A stretch of DNA of 64,000 nt from Syntrophales bacterium (GCA_026416455.1 JAOAFE010000004.1:73468-137467); one strand, 5' to 3'. Numbered from the stretch's first letter, positions 18,541 through 27,434 are shown. Notes: generated by a model from the letters alone, not told the origin. Made by a program: numbers and translations.

Positions 18541-19986
18541 ATGAAGATTAGGACCGAAGAGTTTAACTCCATCGCAAAAAAAGAAATAAACAATGCCTAT
18601 GCGAGGGCTTTTTTGGGTCTGCTCCCGCCAATTATCGCTATGCGCCGCGTCCAGGTCATGAGCTCCTTCCCCAATCCCGACCAAGCCCTGAAACTTTCTC
18701 GGGCGATAAGAAGTGAATCAATCGCTCGACTTCCGGACCTATTGGAAGAATTCGAGCAAAAGGCGACGAAAAGTGGGGCAAAAGTTTTGTGGGCAAAGGA
18801 TGCCCAAGAGGCGAGAAAATTAGTCCTTTCTCTCATTCGGGACCGAGGAGCCACCTTTGTCACAAAAGGAAAATCGATGGTGACGGAGGAAATTGGTCTC
18901 AACGAAGCCCTGGAGCAGGCCCAGATAGAACCCATCGAGACCGATCTCGGAGAATTTATTGCCCAGCAATTAAACCGTCCTCCTTTTCACATTGTCGGTC
19001 CCGCCATAAACGTACCGGTGGAAGAAATCAGAGACCTCTTTCTCCGCGAGGGTATAATGAAAGAGGATACCACCGATCCCGTTCAGCTTGGATATGCGGC
19101 ACGTATTTATTTGCGAGACAAATTTCACCATATTAAAGTTGGGCTGACAGGCGTCAATATGGCAGTGGCCGAAACAGGTACGATTATAAACGTGGAAAAC
19201 GAAGGGAATATAAGGTTCAACAAATCTTCGCCGATAACCCAAATCTCCATTATGACTCCGGAGAAGGTCGTTCCCTCTTTGCGGGACGCGATGCATATAA
19301 TCAGGCTTCTTTGCCGTAGTTGCACAGGTCAGAAGATTTCAGCCTATGTTACCCTGGATACGGGACCCAAGAAGGCGGGAGAAATAGACGGACCGGAAGA
19401 ACTATACATTATTATCGTAGATAACGGCCGGTCAGAAATCTACGCCAATCCGCGGACAAGAGAAGTTCTCAGGTGCATAAGATGTGGTGCCTGCCTTAAC
19501 ACCTGTCCCGTTTACACCAAAATAGGTGGGTATCCCTATGGGTGGGCCTATTCAGGACCCATGGGTCAAATACTAAATCCGCTCCTTCTCGGTCTCGATC
19601 GCACCCAGGACCTGTATAGAGCATGTACCCAATGTGGTACCTGTCGAGATATCTGTCCCGGTGGTATTGATCATCCAGCGCTTTTTCTCTACTACCGGTC
19701 TTGCGATGTTGAAGGAAACGAAAAGCTGGCCGGCAAGAAAAGGCCCCGGTCGGAAAGGATTTCTTTTTCTCTCTGGGGTCTGGCCGTAAAAAACAAGTTA
19801 CTTTGGAATACGGCTCTCCGTTTAGGACGTTTCCTAACAAAGAAATATTCATCCGACGGATGGCTCACGAATTTGGGCCGGTTATTTCCCGGTTGGTTTA
19901 AAGAAAGGGATTTTCCGAGCATAAGCGACTCAACGTTTCGGGAACGATGGAAAGAAATGAGGAAAGGCAAATATGGACACCCGTAA
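18541..19986 (+). CDS. lutB: LutB (YkgF)-type iron-sulfur protein (LUD domain plus 2x[4Fe-4S])
   Basis: 481 aa. CIRCGACLNTCPVY and CTQCGTCRDICP follow a LUD/DUF162 region. There is a 1-nt gap after lutA. Confidence 0.88.
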   Translation: MKIRTEEFNSIAKKEINNAYARAFLGLLPPIIAMRRVQVMSSFPNPDQALKLSRAIRSESIARLPDLLEEFEQKATKSGAKVLWAKDAQEARKLVLSLIRDRGATFVTKGKSMVTEEIGLNEALEQAQIEPIETDLGEFIAQQLNRPPFHIVGPAINVPVEEIRDLFLREGIMKEDTTDPVQLGYAARIYLRDKFHHIKVGLTGVNMAVAETGTIINVENEGNIRFNKSSPITQISIMTPEKVVPSLRDAMHIIRLLCRSCTGQKISAYVTLDTGPKKAGEIDGPEELYIIIVDNGRSEIYANPRTREVLRCIRCGACLNTCPVYTKIGGYPYGWAYSGPMGQILNPLLLGLDRTQDLYRACTQCGTCRDICPGGIDHPALFLYYRSCDVEGNEKLAGKKRPRSERISFSLWGLAVKNKLLWNTALRLGRFLTKKYSSDGWLTNLGRLFPGWFKERDFPSISDSTFRERWKEMRKGKYGHP

Positions 19987-20641
19987 AGAGATAATAAATC
20001 GCCTGAGAAGTGCTCCTCGATCGTCATCGGAACCCAGACCCGACGTGCCACCTCTTCCTGAACTAGCCCTGGGACGAAGTGAGCTAATCCAAAAGCTCAT
20101 GGACGAACTGACAAAACTCGAGGTGTCCTGTCATCGGGTGGTAAGAGAAGAGGTACGGGAAAAGCTAGCAGAAATATTGGTCGGAGAAGGCATAACTAAG
20201 GTCATAGTGTCAAACGATAGGATAGTTTCAGCCTTCGATCTTTCCGCGTGGGGAAAGGAACGGGGTTTTATGGTCTATCGCTCTTCCGATTTTAATGATC
20301 GAGACACTTTAAAACGGGTCGTCTTTGAAGAAGTTGAAGCCGGTGTGACGGGCGTTGACTTTGCCGTCGCCGAAAGCGGTACCTTGGGGATAATTCATGA
20401 CCATAATCAACCTCGCCTCGTTTCGCTTGCCCCCGTTACCCATATTGCGCTAGTACCAACCTCGAAGGTGGTACCCATCTACGAGCAGGTGGTGGACGAG
20501 GTATTCTTGAAAGGAGGTAACATACCATCTCAGTTTACCTTCATTACCGGCCCCAGTATGACGGCCGACATCAAGGCGACTCCTTTCAAGGGCATGCATG
20601 GACCCAGACGTTTGATCGCAATAATTTACGATGACGATTAG
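19973..20641 (+). CDS. lutC: LutC (YkgG)-type LUD-domain protein
   Basis: 222 aa with a 14-nt overlap with lutB. GVTGVDFAVAESGTL...TGPSMTADI is typical of the LUD domain. Confidence 0.85.
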   Translation: MDTRKEIINRLRSAPRSSSEPRPDVPPLPELALGRSELIQKLMDELTKLEVSCHRVVREEVREKLAEILVGEGITKVIVSNDRIVSAFDLSAWGKERGFMVYRSSDFNDRDTLKRVVFEEVEAGVTGVDFAVAESGTLGIIHDHNQPRLVSLAPVTHIALVPTSKVVPIYEQVVDEVFLKGGNIPSQFTFITGPSMTADIKATPFKGMHGPRRLIAIIYDDD

Positions 20642-20650
20642 GAGAAAAGA

Positions 20651-21904
20651 ATGATCACGTTGAGCGTTCCTTCACGTCTCTGGTACGAAAATGTGGAGAG
20701 GGAGTTGAGTTTTCCCGATCACTGGGAAATCGAGAATCTCACCTCTCCCGGATTGGAAAAGAAAGAAATCTCCTCCGATGAAATAAGGGCGAAAATAGAA
20801 AAACCAATCGCCGGTCCAGACCTATCCACCCTCGCCAAAGGAAAGAGGGAAGCGGTCATCATCTTCGATGACATGACGCGCCCCACACCGGTTAAGGATG
20901 TAATCCCCCACGTCCTGGAAATACTGCATCAGGCGGGCTTAGGGCGCGATCAGATAAGATTCATCTGGGCTTTAGGTTCTCACGGAGCCTACGATATGAT
21001 CAATGCTCGCAAAAAACTAGGTGATTATGTCGTAGAAAACTATGCAGTTTACAATCACGATCCTTTCCAGAATACAGTTCGTCTCGGTCGAACCCCCACG
21101 GGGGTGGAGGTATGGATTAACCGAGAAGTTATGGGCTGTGATCTGAAAATAGGCATCGGTTGCATTACCCCCCACGTCCATGTGGGTTTTGGCGGTGGAG
21201 GAAAGATAATACTACCCGGTGTTGCGGGAATCGAATCCATCAATCAATTCCATAATCGCCTCTACCACGACCCCACTCGAACGGGATTGGGAAATTTCGA
21301 TCAGAACATTATGCGGTTGGAATGTGATGCCGCCGCCTCTTTAGTCGGACTGGACTATAAGATAGACTGTCTTGTCAACCGACGCGGCAAAATTACCAAT
21401 CTTTACGCCGGTCCCTTCCAGTTAACTCACAGCGCCGGTGCTACCGAGGGAAAAGACCATTACGGTATTATCACTGCCGGTAATTTCGATATCGCCATCT
21501 GCAACTCATACGCTAAAGCTAATGAAGCCGCCATTGCCCTCTTGCTCGCCTTAAGTGTGCTCAAACTCGATGGCTCTGGAACGGCCGTCCTCATCTCCGA
21601 TGCCCCCGAAGGACAAGTACCCCATTACGTGATGAGGGCTTGGGGATCCAACTATGGTGGTCGTCATTTTACACCCAAAGAAAAGGGCGGCAAGTCGGCC
21701 GTCGCTTTCTTGAAAAAACTCATCGTTCTCGCTCCCCACCCAGATCGGACGATGCTCGATTTAGTTTGTCATCCCGATGACGCGATCATCGTTAAGACCT
21801 GGGAAGAGGTGCTTGAGATACTATCCATGGATTATTCGAAAAAGGCCAGGGTCGCCGTCATTCCCGACGGTACAATGCAATACGTAAAAAAACCGGTATC
21901 GTGA
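20651..21904 (+). CDS. LarA-family (nickel-pincer dependent) 2-hydroxy-acid racemase/epimerase homologue
   Basis: 417 aa with a DUF2088-like N-terminus. Motifs: IIFDDMTRPTP, ALGSHG, ITPHVHVGFGGGGKIILPG, QFHN. These resemble the LarA active-site segments in a by-eye alignment. Confidence 0.8.
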   Translation: MITLSVPSRLWYENVERELSFPDHWEIENLTSPGLEKKEISSDEIRAKIEKPIAGPDLSTLAKGKREAVIIFDDMTRPTPVKDVIPHVLEILHQAGLGRDQIRFIWALGSHGAYDMINARKKLGDYVVENYAVYNHDPFQNTVRLGRTPTGVEVWINREVMGCDLKIGIGCITPHVHVGFGGGGKIILPGVAGIESINQFHNRLYHDPTRTGLGNFDQNIMRLECDAAASLVGLDYKIDCLVNRRGKITNLYAGPFQLTHSAGATEGKDHYGIITAGNFDIAICNSYAKANEAAIALLLALSVLKLDGSGTAVLISDAPEGQVPHYVMRAWGSNYGGRHFTPKEKGGKSAVAFLKKLIVLAPHPDRTMLDLVCHPDDAIIVKTWEEVLEILSMDYSKKARVAVIPDGTMQYVKKPVS

Positions 21905-21935
21905 CCAATCCACAACCTACGAGGAGGTTCGTTTA

Positions 21936-23042
21936 ATGGAAGAAAAGAAGCTAACGCGGGGACAGCAAGAGGTACGTGAAAAAGTAATTTCTCTAGGTTT
22001 ATGCACAGGATGTGGCGCGTGCATTAACCTATGCCCGTACTTTCGTTCCCATCGAGGAAAAACATCTATTTTGTTTCCCTGCACCGTTGAGAACGGACGC
22101 TGTTTCGCCTTTTGTCCCAAAATCGAGGTCGATTTGGATAACCTTTCCCTCTCCATTTTTGACCAACCTTACGACGGCAATGCCTTGGGCAGGTACCGTT
22201 CAATTTTCACCGCAAAGGCCGGAGAGAAAATAAAATCCTTCGAAGCCCAGGCAGGAGGTACGGTTTCATCCCTCGTCTATTATGCATTGACGAAAGGCTA
22301 TATCTCCGGGGCCGTCCTCACAGATCGCCGAGGGTTAGAACCGATACCGAGATACGTTACGAACGCGGAAGATGTGTTTTCTTGCAGCCAGTCCAAATAT
22401 ACCGCAGCTCCCACTCTGGCCGTTGTGAACGAAGTTGTGGAAAAAGGAGAAGTAAATATCGGCGTAGTGGGTACCCCCTGCCAGATACTGGCTTTGGCCC
22501 AAATGAAAACTCGTGAAAAACCATATCCCATTTCGCTTTCGATAGGGCTTTTCTGCACTTGGGCCATTGATTTTCGTCTTTTTGAACCCTTCATATCGAG
22601 GTGGATCCAAGCAAGCCATATTCGAAAAGTTGATATCCCACCACCTCCGGCTGAAATACTCCAGATTTTTACCTCTCAAGGGGAAAAAATAGAAATCCCT
22701 CTCTCCGAGATTCGTCCCCTCGTTCCGAAAGGGTGTGCCTACTGTATGGACATGACTTCCGAGTTTTCAGATATCTCTGTGGGAGTCTTGGAGGGCCGCC
22801 CTGATATGAACACTCTCATCGTTCGGACGGAACGCGGTCAGAAACTTGTCGATGAAGCCATCAAAGAAGGGTATCTCATCGTCTCCGATATGCCCAAAGA
22901 AAATCTTGAACACCTCCTTTGGGCAGCGGGAAACAAAAAACAGAGGGCACTGAAGCGGGCGAGTGATGAAAATCTAATAAACTGCGAGTCCTTATCCTAC
23001 TTGCGCCTCAAAGGCGAATTACTAAATCAGCTGACTCAATGA
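21936..23042 (+). CDS. FrhB/FdhB-family (coenzyme F420 hydrogenase/dehydrogenase beta-like) flavo-iron-sulfur protein
   Basis: 368 aa. It has an N-terminal ferredoxin-like CTGCGACINLCP...CFAFCP, the GTPCQ motif, and C-terminal CAYCMDMTSEFSDISVG. Confidence 0.8.
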   Translation: MEEKKLTRGQQEVREKVISLGLCTGCGACINLCPYFRSHRGKTSILFPCTVENGRCFAFCPKIEVDLDNLSLSIFDQPYDGNALGRYRSIFTAKAGEKIKSFEAQAGGTVSSLVYYALTKGYISGAVLTDRRGLEPIPRYVTNAEDVFSCSQSKYTAAPTLAVVNEVVEKGEVNIGVVGTPCQILALAQMKTREKPYPISLSIGLFCTWAIDFRLFEPFISRWIQASHIRKVDIPPPPAEILQIFTSQGEKIEIPLSEIRPLVPKGCAYCMDMTSEFSDISVGVLEGRPDMNTLIVRTERGQKLVDEAIKEGYLIVSDMPKENLEHLLWAAGNKKQRALKRASDENLINCESLSYLRLKGELLNQLTQ

Positions 23043-23055
23043 AGGGAGGTCATCC

Positions 23056-24993
23056 ATGTCTCACTTATTAGATCCAAAAGCAGGCGCAACTTATCTGTTA
23101 ATGGGAAATGAAGCCATCGTAAGGGGAGCGCTGGAAGCAGGCGTCAACGTTGCCAGTGGTTATCCGGGAACCCCCTCTTCGGAAATCATAGAAAACCTTT
23201 CACGTATTGCAAAAGAAAGAAACATCTACGTGGAATGGTCGGTAAATGAAAAGGTGGCCCTTGAAGTTGCCGCCGCCGCATCTTTCGCTGGACTGCGTTC
23301 CCTGTGCGCCATGAAACAAAACGGTGTCAATGTGGCCTCAGATTTTCTCCTTCACCTTGTATATTCCGGAACCAGAGGAGGAATAGTACTAGTTTCTTGT
23401 GACGATCCGGGTGCATTATCCAGTGTCAACGAGGGAGAATCAAGATACTTTGCCCGCCAATTGGAAATGCCTCTGTTGGAGCCGGGCAATTTTCAGGAAG
23501 CCAAAGATATGACCAAATGGGCGTTCGAGCTTTCGGAACAGTTGAAACAAATTGTCATGTTACGCAGTGTAACTCGTATGTCTCATGCAAGCGGTAACGT
23601 GTCATACGGAGCGCTACCGGAGACCAAACGCAAAGCCGAGTTTAAATTCAAAGGTTTCATCCTCGACCCGGAGGAAGGAATAATTACGAGTGCACCCGTC
23701 GAATGGCGACATAAAGAGCAACAAGATAAAATAAGAAAAGCAAAAGAAATCTTCGAAGAATCGCCTTTCAACACCTATGAGGGGCCGGATAAGCCCGAAC
23801 TTTTAATTATTACGAGCAGTGCATGTTACTTGTACAGCAAAGAAGCTGTAGAGGTGCTCAACGTACAAGACCGGGTGGGCATCCTTAAGTTGGGTACGAC
23901 ATGGCCATTGCCGCCTAAACTGGTAACACATTATCTCGCCAGAACGGAACAAGTTATGATTGTGGAAGAAGTCATCCCCTTTATGGAGGAAAACGTGAAA
24001 GTGCTGGCCGCGGAAAAGGCTGGTGAGATAGGAGCAAAGAAATTCTTCGGGAAGAACGAAGGTGTGCTACCTTCGGTTGGAGAGATGAACCCTGATTTTG
24101 TAATAAGCGCTATTTCCTCTATTTTGGGAATAGACTATTCACCCGTTTCCAAAGAGTATGATCAATCGGCCAAACTGTCAGCCTTTGTGCACGCTCCAGC
24201 CAGAGATCAGGTCTTCTGTCCCGGATGTCCCCATCGTGCCTCTTTCTTTGCCATTCGCCGGGCAATAGAACTAGACGGTCGCAATGGTTTCGTTTGTGGT
24301 GACATAGGATGTTACACCATGGCCGTCAGACCAACGGGATTCGAAACCTTAAAGACGGTTCATTCGATGGGGTCCGGCATGGGCTTGGCAAGTGGTTTCG
24401 GTAAGTTAGGGCTTTTCGGCATGGATCAACCGACCTTTGCGGTTTGCGGCGACTCAACCTTTTACCACGCCGTAATACCCGCCTTGATCAACGCCGTCCA
24501 TAATAAATCTAACGTAACTCTCGTTATTCTCGATAATGGCGGAACGGCGATGACAGGTTTTCAACCGCATCCAGGTCAAGATTTTAATGTAATGGGCGAA
24601 AGTATGCCCGCCATCGATATGGCCCGTATCTGTGAAGCCATCGGTGCCCGAGTTGAAAAAAGAAATCCCTTAGATTTAGAGGACACCCTCCATACCCTGC
24701 TCGAGATGATGGAAGATAAAAACGGAGTCAAAGTGCTCATTCTAAGTCAATATTGTGCCTTAAGTCCCCAAAGGAGAGGGAAAAAAGACTATGAACTTTC
24801 GGTCGATGAAACGGTGTGCTTGGGAGAAGAATGCGGTTGTGGAAGATTCTGCACACGAATCTTCCGATGCCCTGGTCTCGTCTGGAACAAAGAAAAGGCA
24901 AAAGCCGAAATAGACCAGGTGATATGCGTTGGTTGTGGGGTGTGTGCTGATATTTGCCCGCGGGGTGCAATCAAGCGGAAGGAGGTGGCCTAA
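23056..24993 (+). CDS. iorA: Indolepyruvate:ferredoxin oxidoreductase alpha subunit, divergent paralogue
   Basis: 645 aa. Motifs: GNEAIVRGALEAGVNVASGYPGTPSSEI, GDIGCYT, GDSTFYH, DNGGTAMTG, and a C-terminal CVGCGVCADICP ferredoxin module. It starts 13 nt after the FrhB-like gene and has a GGGAGG RBS. Confidence 0.88.
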   Translation: MSHLLDPKAGATYLLMGNEAIVRGALEAGVNVASGYPGTPSSEIIENLSRIAKERNIYVEWSVNEKVALEVAAAASFAGLRSLCAMKQNGVNVASDFLLHLVYSGTRGGIVLVSCDDPGALSSVNEGESRYFARQLEMPLLEPGNFQEAKDMTKWAFELSEQLKQIVMLRSVTRMSHASGNVSYGALPETKRKAEFKFKGFILDPEEGIITSAPVEWRHKEQQDKIRKAKEIFEESPFNTYEGPDKPELLIITSSACYLYSKEAVEVLNVQDRVGILKLGTTWPLPPKLVTHYLARTEQVMIVEEVIPFMEENVKVLAAEKAGEIGAKKFFGKNEGVLPSVGEMNPDFVISAISSILGIDYSPVSKEYDQSAKLSAFVHAPARDQVFCPGCPHRASFFAIRRAIELDGRNGFVCGDIGCYTMAVRPTGFETLKTVHSMGSGMGLASGFGKLGLFGMDQPTFAVCGDSTFYHAVIPALINAVHNKSNVTLVILDNGGTAMTGFQPHPGQDFNVMGESMPAIDMARICEAIGARVEKRNPLDLEDTLHTLLEMMEDKNGVKVLILSQYCALSPQRRGKKDYELSVDETVCLGEECGCGRFCTRIFRCPGLVWNKEKAKAEIDQVICVGCGVCADICPRGAIKRKEVA

Positions 24994-24996
24994 GAA

Positions 24997-25617
24997 ATGA
25001 CGACAAGCAAGCTTCCTAAAGATCCTTATAGCATTGTCATCACTGGAGTGGGGGGGCAAGGAAATGTTATGGCCTCTCGTGTACTTGCGAACATGCTGGT
25101 AAAAAAAGGATACTATGTTACCATCGGAGAGACTTTTGGTGCTTCTCAGCGCGGTGGATCGGTGATGAGTCACATCCGCGTATCCAACCTCTCCGCCTGG
25201 AGTCCCCAAATACCGGCGGGAAAGGCCCACTTAGTCGTAGCCTTAGAACCCATTGAGGCCATCAGAGTGCTCGCTCGTTACGGGAATCCGGATATTAAAG
25301 TGCTTTCTAACCTAAGGCCCATCTATCCGGCAGGAGTAATTGCTGGGGAAGCCTCTTATCCCAATGAACAGGAGATAAGAACAATTTTAGAAAAGCATAC
25401 ATCGAAATATTGGCTCATTAAAGCCACAGAAGAAGCCGTAAAATTAGGTAATCCCATCCTGGCAAATGTTATGATGGTCGGAGCTACTTGTGCCATCGGG
25501 GATCTTCCCTTCGACAGAAATGATTTTATAGATGCCATGTCTCAAGTCTTATCGGGTGACAAAATGGAAACAAACATAAAAGCCTTCGAGTTAGGATTCT
25601 CTTTACTCATGAAATAA
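24997..25617 (+). CDS. iorB: Indolepyruvate:ferredoxin oxidoreductase beta subunit (POR-gamma-type domain)
   Basis: 206 aa. IVITGVGGQGNVMASRVLA...GETFGASQRGGSV is the typical IorB pattern. There is a 3-nt gap after iorA. Confidence 0.88.
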   Translation: MTTSKLPKDPYSIVITGVGGQGNVMASRVLANMLVKKGYYVTIGETFGASQRGGSVMSHIRVSNLSAWSPQIPAGKAHLVVALEPIEAIRVLARYGNPDIKVLSNLRPIYPAGVIAGEASYPNEQEIRTILEKHTSKYWLIKATEEAVKLGNPILANVMMVGATCAIGDLPFDRNDFIDAMSQVLSGDKMETNIKAFELGFSLLMK

Positions 25618-25629
25618 ACCATTAAAAAC

Positions 25630-25658
25630 GGGGGGTATGTCTGCTACCCCCCTTTTTT
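25630..25658 (+). terminator. Rho-independent terminator closing the 13-gene operon
   Basis: GGGGGGTA tgtctgc TACCCCCC followed by TTTTTT, that is, an 8-bp GC-rich stem, a 7-nt loop and a U-tract. Confidence 0.85.
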
Positions 25659-25661
25659 AGC

Positions 25662-25690
25662 TTGCCAAAAAAGCTACGTATCTATATCAT
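25662..25690 (+). promoter_or_regulatory. Candidate sigma70-type promoter; the predicted start falls at or next to the ATG of the small membrane ORF
   Basis: TTGCCA (25662-25667), a 17-nt spacer, then TATCAT (25685-25690). The ATG at 25697 lies 7 nt after the -10 element, and no SD is visible. Confidence 0.45.
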
Positions 25691-25696
25691 AACTTC

Positions 25697-25948
25697 ATGC
25701 GGGAAAAAATTTGCTCAATTAATATGATAAAATTGATCCTCGCTGGCTTAGGAGGAGTAATTATCACCTACATCGGTGTGTGCCACCTGATGACATCTTA
25801 CGAAGTCAATAATCCTCACGTATTCATTATGTACTTTTTTTCTTCATCTTTTATGATCTTAGTGGGGCTCACTCTTATGGCTTATTTCATCTGCCATCTA
25901 TGGAGTATATTCACCAAACACCCAAATATTTCCACTATTAAAGATTAG
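25697..25948 (+). CDS. Small two-TM membrane protein, function unknown
   Basis: 83 aa with two hydrophobic helices (LILAGLGGVIITYIGVCHLM; FIMYFFSSSFMILVGLTLMAYFICHLW). Its stop lies 4 nt before the M16 ATG. An alternative start is M10 (25724). Confidence 0.5.
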   Translation: MREKICSINMIKLILAGLGGVIITYIGVCHLMTSYEVNNPHVFIMYFFSSSFMILVGLTLMAYFICHLWSIFTKHPNISTIKD

Positions 25949-25952
25949 CACT

Positions 25953-27434
25953 ATGAACTTGAGGCATCTTGGCAGTCTTGTTCTGCTCCTTGCCCTTACA
26001 ACTTCCTCTGCTCTGGCGCAAGACCTATCATTAGACAAGCGTATTCACAGTTTTGAATTAAAAAACGGATTGAAGGTGCTTATATTGGAGCGACACATAA
26101 GCCCCACGGTAGCCCTATATTTGGCTTATCGGGTGGGAGCAGTAGATGAACAAGAGGGAAAGACGGGAACAGCTCATTTTTTGGAACACATGATGTTTAA
26201 GGGAACGAAAACAATCGGAACCCGTAATCAAGCGAAGGAAGAGCGACTCCTCAATAAAATATTGAAAACCGGCAAACGACTTGATCAGGAAATAAATCGA
26301 GGAGAGAAAGCCGATAAAGAGAAAATCGAGGCCTTAAAAAGGACCCTTGCCCATTTAAAAAAAGAGCATCGGAAATGGATGATCTCGAATGAGATTGACC
26401 GCCTCTATACGGAAGCAGGGGCGATCAATATTAATGCCTCGACCGGTCAGGATATCACAATCTACCATGCCAGTTTTCCCGCGAACAAGATAGAACTATG
26501 GATGAGGGTCGAGTCAGAACGCATGAAGGAGGTCGTCCTGAGAGAATTTTACGAAGAAAGGAATGTGGTTTTAGAAGAAAGAAAGCAGAGAAAGGAAGCA
26601 AACCCACAAGGGGCCCTTTACGAGGCCTTTATGTCCCTCGCTTTCCAGCGTCACCATTACCGACGACCCATAATCGGCTGGGCGGAAGATGTGGCCCGTC
26701 TTCAACCAGAAGATTTGATTAGTTTTAAAAGGAAGCTTTATGTACCGAATAATGCAACGATAGCCATCGTCGGAGATGTAGATGCAAAAAAGACGTTGAA
26801 AATGGTGAAAACATATTTCGGGGCTATACCCCGGGCATACCTTCAAACTCCTCCCATTCCCGACGAACCTGTGTTGAAGGGTGAAAAGAGGATTTCCCTT
26901 GATGTAAAGGCATCGCCTCAAATTATGATCGGTTATCATAAGCCACCAGCTCCCCACCCAGACGATTATGTCTTCGATTTAATAGAATCTATACTTTCCC
27001 GGGGCCGTTCGGCCAGGCTACCTAAGAGATTAGTGGATGAAAAGGCCATTGCCCTCAGCGTTGAAGCCCAAAATGGTTTACCCGGTTCGCGCTTTAATAA
27101 TCTTTTCATTATCTTTGGCCGTCCCAGAGACGGAAAAACTAATGCTGAATTAATGGCCTATATAGATGAAATTTTGGAAGAATTGAAAAACCGAGAGATA
27201 GACGATCAGGAGCTGGAAGCAGCAAAAAATAATATCGTGGCTGATTTTGTTCGCCTTCAAGAATCAAATGAAGGAATGGCCCGGATGCTCGCTTATAATC
27301 AAGCTATCATTGGAGATTATCGGTATACCTTCACCTATCTCGGTCGAATTAAAGAGATTACCCCAGCTGATATCCGACGGGTGGCCCAAAAATACTTGAT
27401 AAAAAATGGGAGAGTGATCGCTACGATCGATTGA
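25953..27434 (+). CDS. M16-family zinc peptidase, catalytic subunit (secreted)
   Basis: 493 aa with a signal peptide (LVLLLALTTSSALA-Q) and an inverted zincin motif HFLEH in GTAHFLEHMMFKGT. Confidence 0.88.
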   Translation: MNLRHLGSLVLLLALTTSSALAQDLSLDKRIHSFELKNGLKVLILERHISPTVALYLAYRVGAVDEQEGKTGTAHFLEHMMFKGTKTIGTRNQAKEERLLNKILKTGKRLDQEINRGEKADKEKIEALKRTLAHLKKEHRKWMISNEIDRLYTEAGAININASTGQDITIYHASFPANKIELWMRVESERMKEVVLREFYEERNVVLEERKQRKEANPQGALYEAFMSLAFQRHHYRRPIIGWAEDVARLQPEDLISFKRKLYVPNNATIAIVGDVDAKKTLKMVKTYFGAIPRAYLQTPPIPDEPVLKGEKRISLDVKASPQIMIGYHKPPAPHPDDYVFDLIESILSRGRSARLPKRLVDEKAIALSVEAQNGLPGSRFNNLFIIFGRPRDGKTNAELMAYIDEILEELKNREIDDQELEAAKNNIVADFVRLQESNEGMARMLAYNQAIIGDYRYTFTYLGRIKEITPADIRRVAQKYLIKNGRVIATID

